Source of the DNA: Raillietiella orientalis
Lineage: Eukaryota
Reading direction: 5' to 3'
DNA: 64,000 nt
Assembly: GCA_036172245.1 (NCBI GenBank)
Contig: JAYWIR010000013.1
Location: 992,001 to 1,056,000, forward strand
The translations under genes and the position numbers were made by a program. Shown piece by piece: positions 57,001 through 64,000 of the stretch. The notes beneath the pieces were generated by a model, which ran no database searches, had not been told where the DNA came from, and saw only the letters and a program-made list of their open reading frames with translations. Position 1 is the stretch's first letter. The number at the start of each line of letters is the position of its first letter.

Positions 57001-59094
57001 ATGCGTCACCATCTAAACAGAGCCCATGACCCCCCCCCGTATCGACCGAGGAGGTGTGTACCCTTCAGGAAAAAATGAGGGGGGGGGGGGCGGTCGCTAC
57101 GCACGGCTTCCTGAGGTGACCAAGCCGATCGCTGTGCGACGCAGGAGCGCACTTTGAAAATCCTTCGAGGGCTATCCGTGCTACACCTTTGTTGGCGCAT
57201 GCCCCGTTCCTTCTGCTGACTGATTCGTGAACAGGAGAGGAGGGAGGGGGGGGAGCGTTCCTGCCTCTTCTTCACCGAAGATCCCGGGCTAGCGAAAGCG
57301 AAAGCCGCGCTCCACTGTAGCCGCTGAGTACACAAACGCGGAGCTGAGCGTCCTCGGTGGGGAAGGGCCGGCAGCGTTCGTCGAGGGCCTCCGCAGGCAG
57401 CACAAGAGTGGCCAGCGAGATGAACGGTAGGGAAGGGGGGGGGCATGTCCCAGGGTCCGCATTTCGTCACCACGCCGACTGTTTGCAGTTCCACTCGAGC
57501 AATTTCAGCGTTCTCTCCCCCTCCCCCTCTCGCCCACCTGCTCGTTCCCAAGGCGACGGAGGATAGGGAGCCCTGGAGTGAGCCCTGAGAGATTTTTTCC
57601 AAGATGAGATCTTGTCGGGAAGAGGGAGTGGGAGCGAAACAAAAAATCAAAAGAGAGTTCTTCCTTAGCAACGCTGCCTTTTCTTTTTCCTCCTTTCTTT
57701 TGATCTGCTTTGGAAACAGCAAAAGAGCGGAGCAGCAGGCAAAATCGGGAGGGGGGGGCTGCAGTTTCGTGCCCAGAGGAGAGGAGGAGAGCTCGCGAAC
57801 TGAAGCCATCAGTGCCCTTTGCCGGCAGTGGCGAACGAACCACCGGTAAAGAAGAGGCGCCATAACGGTCGGTGATCACGTGTCAGACGTAAACAGCTTG
57901 TGCACATGGATGCTGCGCAGGTCTTCCTGTGACTCCTGTGACTGGAAACCGTGGGTGACTGGATACACCAGTTTCCGGAGCGATCATCATGTCTTACATA
58001 ATTGCGGGAGAGAGAATGAAGATGCCCTGGGAAGATAATGATTCCTCCCTCCCTCTCCTTCTCCTCCTCCTCTCTCTCGCCCGCGCGCTCTCTCCGCCTT
58101 TTTTTTTTTTTGCGTCAGGATGGATCTTCGGCGGAAAAGGCTGGAGGCGAAGGTCGGGCAGGGATCCGCGGCGGGCGAAGAGCGGCCTCGCTGGTATCCA
58201 AGCTACGGTCGGGAGCTTTCCGGAGTCGCCCGACGGTTGCGAGGCGAGCGGAAGATTCCTCGCTCCGGATTCCACCTCGCGGACGGACGACCCCGGTGGT
58301 GACTTGCAGCAGGTGAGCCGAGCCCACGAGCGGTTCGTGAACCCGACGGAGAGGATCCTGCGGCGCACCGTCGCGGAGAAGCCCAGCAGGAAGGGAGGAG
58401 GCAGCCAACCGTCGGATGCCAGAGTAGACGCTTCGAAGCGCCGGGAGCGGAAGGGTCCGCTCTCCGCGGTGGAGTGCGACCTAAGAAAGGCAGGGGACGG
58501 TCTGGAATGGCGTCCCTTGCCCCTTCCCCTTCTGCTCATTCTTTTTTGCCCCCTCCCATCCGCTCTGGACCTTCCCCCTTTTTTCAAGAAGGAGGGACAC
58601 CGGAGACCTCGTCCTCACCCTCCCCATCCTGTCATTCGCTTCCTGTTCCCTTCCTTGCTCTCTGCACTTTTTTAGATGTCCTGGCCTAGATGTCGGTGGG
58701 TCTTCAACCTGCCCTCGGGTGGGAGCCGAGCTCCCAGCGCCTAGGGGAGACCAGGTGGCGAACTTCCATAGCAACGCCTCCTCCGACTTCGAGGGGGACC
58801 CCGGAGCGTCCCCTTGGAAGACGAAAGACGGAGGGGCTGGGTCTCTCTCTGATCGGATGCCACCAGCAGCTGCGCGGTGGCATCGCGGGAGCTCCCGCTC
58901 CCTGAAAATTGCAGTCCCAATGGCGGCGGAGCCACTCGCGCCTTTACACGCCGGTGGCGTCTTCCTCTCTTGAGGCACCGACATGCGAGGAGCCGGCGCC
59001 GAAGGAAGAGGCCAGGGAGCCGCAGAGGGGCTGCTGGATGATAGATGCGCCGCAACTCTCCGTCCTCCCCTTTCCTGCTCTGTCTGTCCACAGA

Positions 59095-59250
59095 CGCTCT
59101 CCTTCTGTCCCTAGTCGAGACATTTGCGTTCCTCTTCCTTCCTCCTCATCCTACCTTCCTTCTCCCTCCTCCCTTCTCCCTTCCTCCTTCTCCAACTCTC
59201 ATCAAGAAGACCTCCCCAATATCTTTTCCCTCTTTCTCTTCCCTCCTTTT
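59095..59250 (+). repeat. Polypyrimidine (CT-rich) tract
   Basis: CTT/CCT low-complexity run. Confidence 0.75.
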
Positions 59251-60999
59251 TCATCTGGAAGATTTGTTATTGGAGGGCCTTTCTCTCCCACCCATCCACC
59301 CCTTTCTCTCTCTCGCTCAGGAGTTGCGCGGTACGCCTCAGAGGGACCGCAAATGGGAGCCTCCCCGGATCGGGGAACAGTTGACAACTAGACGAACCTT
59401 CGGTGCTCCAACTCCTATGGACGGGATTCGGAGGGTAAGGCAGCAGGAGGCTACCGGAGCGGTCCTCGGGCAGGGATCTCCAAAGGTGACAACCCGCGTT
59501 GGCGGTCGTGCGGCTGAGGTCTCCGCGTGCAGTACCGACAGAACGTCGCGGGTGCGAATTCCGCCCGGGAAGGGTAGGAGCCGAGAACAGAAGGGGTGAT
59601 GCCGCAGGATGACGCCGCTTGGCCTCAGTTGGCTTCGGGTGCGGCACTGGTGGAAGCCGGAAACCCCCAGACGCCCCCCCATCCCCCGCTTATTGATCGG
59701 GATCATGAGTCGACCTTCTGGTGTCGCTCCAAGAACCAAGGTAGCTGGTTTTCTTCAGGATTCGCCCTCCAGCAGTGCGAATGGAGCCGTCCATCATGGA
59801 GCTGGTTGACACACCTCTCGGGATCGCCTCTCCGGAGTGCAGGAAGTGCCCTTAAGCGGGAGGAGGTGAGGAGGTGGAAGTGCGCCGGGCCGCACTGGGC
59901 AGTTGCTGGGGATCGAGTGGGAAGACGGCGGCGCGATGGTGCGCGGAGAGGGAAGCAGAGCGAGCGACTGCAAGTGCTTGCCTGGGTCCCCCGTCCCCCA
60001 CGGACCCCGAGATGGGGAGGCGATCCGTTGCCAGAAGCAACAGCAGCAAGTAAGATTCGAGCTGAGACGACGACGTGAGCTGCATCCGTCAGACCAGATG
60101 CTGAGTCGATGTCCCGCGTCCGATGATGCCACTCTGTGTTCTTCCCCCACCCCCACCCCCAAAGAGAGAGGAAACGCGGGCTGAAGTCTTCCAGAACTGA
60201 TGACCGGGGTTGTCATGGGGGAGGGAGGGTGAAAGGGGGGAACCGGGTTGCTCGGGAACCAGGCAGGGAGGCTGTGCACCCGCCCATCTCCCTGCTCCCG
60301 CCGTGCAAGGAGAGGCTGCGAACTGCTCTGGGGGGCCACCGAAAAGAGCAGCGACCTTCCTTGGGATCCATCGAGGCGCTCCCGGGGGTGTCCAGGTGTC
60401 TCCCCTGCACCACCGAGTCCGCGAGGTCACCCCCCCGCAGCATCGGCCCTGACTACCGCCACTCTTTTTCCGCCAGGGAGGCGGGTAGGAAGGGAACAGC
60501 GTCGTCGTCCTCCGACCCTCTCCCGGTAAGGAGAGGAGCTGCGTGAGACGACCGGGGCGACTCCCATCGGCAGAGACGGAAGGCAAGGTGCGGTCCTTCG
60601 GTGACGGTCAGGGAGGAGAACCGGAGGAGCGACCCAGACAAGGGCCTCGGGTCCCCCTGAGGGCCTTCCGGCAGAGAGCCGGAAGCACCTCCAGGATGCT
60701 CTGCTGCCGAGTGCCTCCGGGCCTTTCCCTTTTTCTCGAGAAGGGACCTCCCGCGTAGTCCGGGGCAGGCTGGACTCGGGCGGCTGGGCATTCCCATCCT
60801 CCACCGTCCCTTCCTGTTGCCTTCCGCAGCCCACCGCCGTGCGACCCGGACGCACGTTTCCCTCAGAGGACGTCGTCGTTTGGCTTCTTTGCCCGGAAAG
60901 CACCAGCGCACCGCCTTCCGGGCGACCTCCTCGCAAAGGGGTGGGCGAACCGCAGCTCTCCCCCGAGCAGCTGCGGGTGGGCGCGCCTCTTCGCGCAGA

Positions 61000-61800
61000 A
61001 TGGGAACTCCGCCGCTGAGACGACTCAGTAGAGACCGAGTGCACGCCTGCGCCTGCCCCGGGGCATCCGGAATCTGAACTCCCAGATGCATTTTGGAGAT
61101 GGCTGCTCCTTTCTCGTTGGTCCTCTGCTTCCGCAACGGTTCATCGGAACCTGAGCGCACGACGTGGATGACCTCCGGATCGTCGTGGGGTTGCACAGAG
61201 GAAGCCAAAAGAGGAAGGATGTCCAGCACGGCTGCGTTCCCAGATTCCAGCTCTCCTTACCAGAGTCATTCTCTTCCTGGGACCTCCCCTCCGGAAACCT
61301 TCCCCACTCGCCGGCTTCTCGGGTTGTGAAGCCGGCGGATCCGCGTTTTCCTCGCACGCCCGACCGCGCGGCTGAGCGATGGCTTCTCCTGCTCGGAGGA
61401 GGGCGGTTTCCTCGCGTGGATCTCAGAGCAAGACGGGGCAACCTCACACCTACCTGGTCGCGCTCAACACAACCCACTTCATGGGCGGGAGGGAGGAGCT
61501 GCTCTGCGCGAGGATCCTGGATGATGATGCGAACCTTCCTCCAGGTCATGCCCCTGGATTACCCAAGAAGCCGTTCCACACCCCTCCTCTGCAGGAAAAG
61601 GCGGGAGAGGAAGATCCCCCCGCCGAGCGAGAGGTGCTGACCCGGGGATTGGCGAACTCACCGCACCCCTGAAGGACGACACAGCTGGAGCACGAAGTCA
61701 CAACTGAGGACCTCGCCCGGGAGCTACGAAGGTGGGGCAAGTTTCAACATCCGCATAGCTTTCCCGTCTCGAAGCATCCCTCTCCCCCTGCTCTGCGCTG
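61000..61800 (-). mobile_element. Decayed APE endonuclease remnant
   Basis: On -: KLCGC*NLPHLRSSRARSSVV...CVVLQG (about 61761-61666), resembling the TWNVRGL...DVVxLQE start of APE endonucleases, then WNGFLG. Confidence 0.42.
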
Positions 61801-62386
61801 CCAGCAAGTCACCATCTTGCTGTTGATCCGCTGCAGCCCTCCTCGAAGCGAGGTGCGCCACCGCCACGTTTCCATGGGCGCAGCGCCGAGGAGGGCGCGC
61901 CCTCTGAGAAAACCACGGAGATCCAACTGCACCTGCTTCCGGAGGCTCCAGAGGCTCCTCCAGGGATGGACGCGCGTTGCAGGGGCATCTCAGTACCCAG
62001 CGATGCTGCTGTCCGCAACCTGGCAGGACTCCAATCAATTCGCGGATCGCTCGGCCGCGCGCGACAGGGGTCCTCCCCCGATGCGTGGCGTCTCCCAGGG
62101 CACTGGATGAACCAGCCTGAAACCCTCGCGAGTTCCTGCGAGGTTTCAGCCTGCAGACGCTCGGCCTGAGAGTTCTGCCAACAGCTCCCCCTGGACCACC
62201 TACCTGTGCGGTTTGGCGAAGGTGTTCGCAATGAGAGGGTGCACTTGTGCGCCCGCCGTTACAGCAGAACACCCGACGTCCGCCACCTTGCAGAATACAG
62301 AGCGGGAACCGAGAGACAAGCCTGGAAATCCGGGTCGGTCACCTTGATGGACGACCAGGGCCAGGAGCACTCGGCTCCCGTTCAAG

Positions 62387-63195
62387 TTTTTCACTCAGTT
62401 TTGCCAGGGCCTTTATTATTAACAAATAATAAAAGTACTGCAAAGTGGTCTTTGTGGTGGTGGAACACGTGGTTTTTACCACGTTCGTCCAACTTGCCGA
62501 TCACCTGCACGGAGACCAGCGAGGTCCTCTCCGGCAGCGAGGGAAAGGGAAAACCAAAAAATAACAAAAAAGCAAAGAACAAAAAAAGGGTGAAAAGTTT
62601 TCAAGGGGGGAAGGGGACCGAGGAAAGGATCACGGTACTCTACGAGACGTCCTCTGTATCCTGTCCAGGATGATGACAAGTTGTGTTCTGATGCTGCCCA
62701 GGTGGGGCCATCTTGAGGCGATCTTTAGGAAGATCTGCGCCCAATGGATCGCCTGCCATTTCGGCCTCTCCTTCCTGCGTTCTAGGCTGCCACGATCCCC
62801 GCAAATGAAGCAGAGAACTGCTAGGGACGCAGCTGACGGAAGTTTGGAACGAACGAAGGGACGCTTAAAAATTTCCCTGGGACCGCCATCAGGAATATCT
62901 AGGATAGTCGGCCGACGATCCCAGAGGGTTCAGAGGGCGGCATAGTCCAGCAGAAGGTGCGGCAAAGTCTCTTTGTCACTTCACTTTTCACAACGGGCAT
63001 CCACACTACCTCGTGTCCAATTATGGAGGCGTGCTTTGCATGGCATTCCCCAATGCAACACTAGCAACGCTACCTCTTGCCACTCCCGAGCAGGTAAGGC
63101 ACATAGCTGGAAAGTACTGTTCCTCCTTCTACGCGAGGGCACCTCCTGAGTGCGATTTTTGCAATTCCTGCTCCCGTAAGGTACTCCAGCCACAG
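62387..63195 (-). mobile_element. L1/Tx1-type LINE 3' end
   Basis: REWQEVALLVLHWGMPCKARLHNWTRGSVDARCEK*..KETLPHLLLD; hairpin about 62537-62494; AATAAA 62417-62412; terminal hairpin 62411-62392; A5 tail. Confidence 0.85.
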
Positions 63196-64000
63196 GGGAG
63201 GTGCAGAAAAGCCTCGATGAACCTTTCGCTATCGGTGAGATCATCACCGCGATCGGAAAGCTCAAGAAGCGGAAGACGCCAGGGGAAGACGGCCTGCCTG
63301 CAGAGTTTCTCTAATGCTTCGCAGCAGAGCTGAATCCCCTGGTACGGCAATTGACCTTGCTGATTCACGAAATAGGCGACATTCCCTCCTCGTTTCGATC
63401 AGCAGAGGTACATCTCCCTTCTGAAGGAGACTTACGGAGCATCGGAGACTGGCGTCCGATAACCGTCTTGAACTCGGACGCCAGGTTGCTGTCGAAACTG
63501 TGGACCGAGAGTCTAGGACGGATGAGAGAATCCTTCATTAACCCGGAGAATTCTTACGCTGCTCGCGGGCGAATTATGGATGTCAACCTGTTCTATACTA
63601 GCAACTGGTTCGCGTTCCTACAGGAAAGGGACCGGATGGGCAGTTCGAATTCCGGACTGTCCGCCGATCAGGGAAGGGAAGATCGGGCGGGGATGGGAGC
63701 CCTTGTGGTCACAGTCGAGTTGCACAAGGCATTCCACTACTTCGACCAGGACTTCTGGAGTTCCTGGAACGCTTCAGCTTACCGGCCGCATTAATGGCCT
63801 ATCTGCGCTCTAGCTGGCGCGACGCGCTCATCAATGTTCTTTTCAGAGAACACACTGTGCGCGGTGTACCGGTGCAGGCATGAGCCTCCTGCTCTTCAGA
63901 ATTTACTTCGAGCTGGTGCTGAGGGCACACAGATTCTGGCAACCCTGCCGAGTTCTTATCTGGGAACGCCTGCCGTGTCGGCTTATGCTGACGATCTGCT
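63196..64000 (+). mobile_element. L1/Tx1-type LINE reverse transcriptase (pseudogene; runs off the window)
   Basis: EIITAIGKLKKRKTPGEDGLPAEFL*, DWRPITVLNSDARLLSKL, ELHKAFH, and SAYADDL (YADD at 63984-63995); in-frame stops and frameshifts. Confidence 0.92.

Noticed and set aside
59495..59570. Possible tRNA-derived SINE head (GCGGGTGCGAATTCCGC)
   Set aside because: Mismatched B-box, poor A-box, no second copy or tail; more likely decayed LINE sequence.
1..64000. CRISPR arrays, operons, rRNA or other prokaryotic systems
   Set aside because: No regularly spaced direct repeats or rRNA signatures; spliceosomal introns and LINEs show this is eukaryotic nuclear DNA.

Overview
GC-rich eukaryotic genomic DNA from an animal, probably an invertebrate (inferred from gene content and 50-70 nt introns). 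It is not prokaryotic, and most ORFs in the supplied track are artefacts of high GC. Two spliced host genes can be built by hand. (1) The 3' four exons of a small multi-pass membrane protein of the LAPTM/DUF4728 type on + (578-1833). (2) A complete 13-coding-exon ARHGAP20-like PH-RA-RhoGAP gene on - (ATG 34965, stop 10952, about 1306 aa, all splice phases consistent, poly(A) signal at 10551-10556). The intergenic DNA (about 2.3-10 kb and 39-64 kb) is densely filled with decayed L1/Tx1-type non-LTR retrotransposon fragments (APE endonuclease, RT with YADD, zf-RVT-like C-terminus). The best leads are a conserved two-hairpin 3' terminus in four diverged LINE copies, a junction near 63.2 kb with twin-priming-inversion geometry, polypurine tracts arising at the same LINE codons in two copies, GC-shifted decay of old copies, and a long purine/pyrimidine-alternating tract upstream of the RhoGAP gene. 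I found no clear evidence of a wholly new protein-coding system. Family assignments rest on motif recognition by eye, not database searches.
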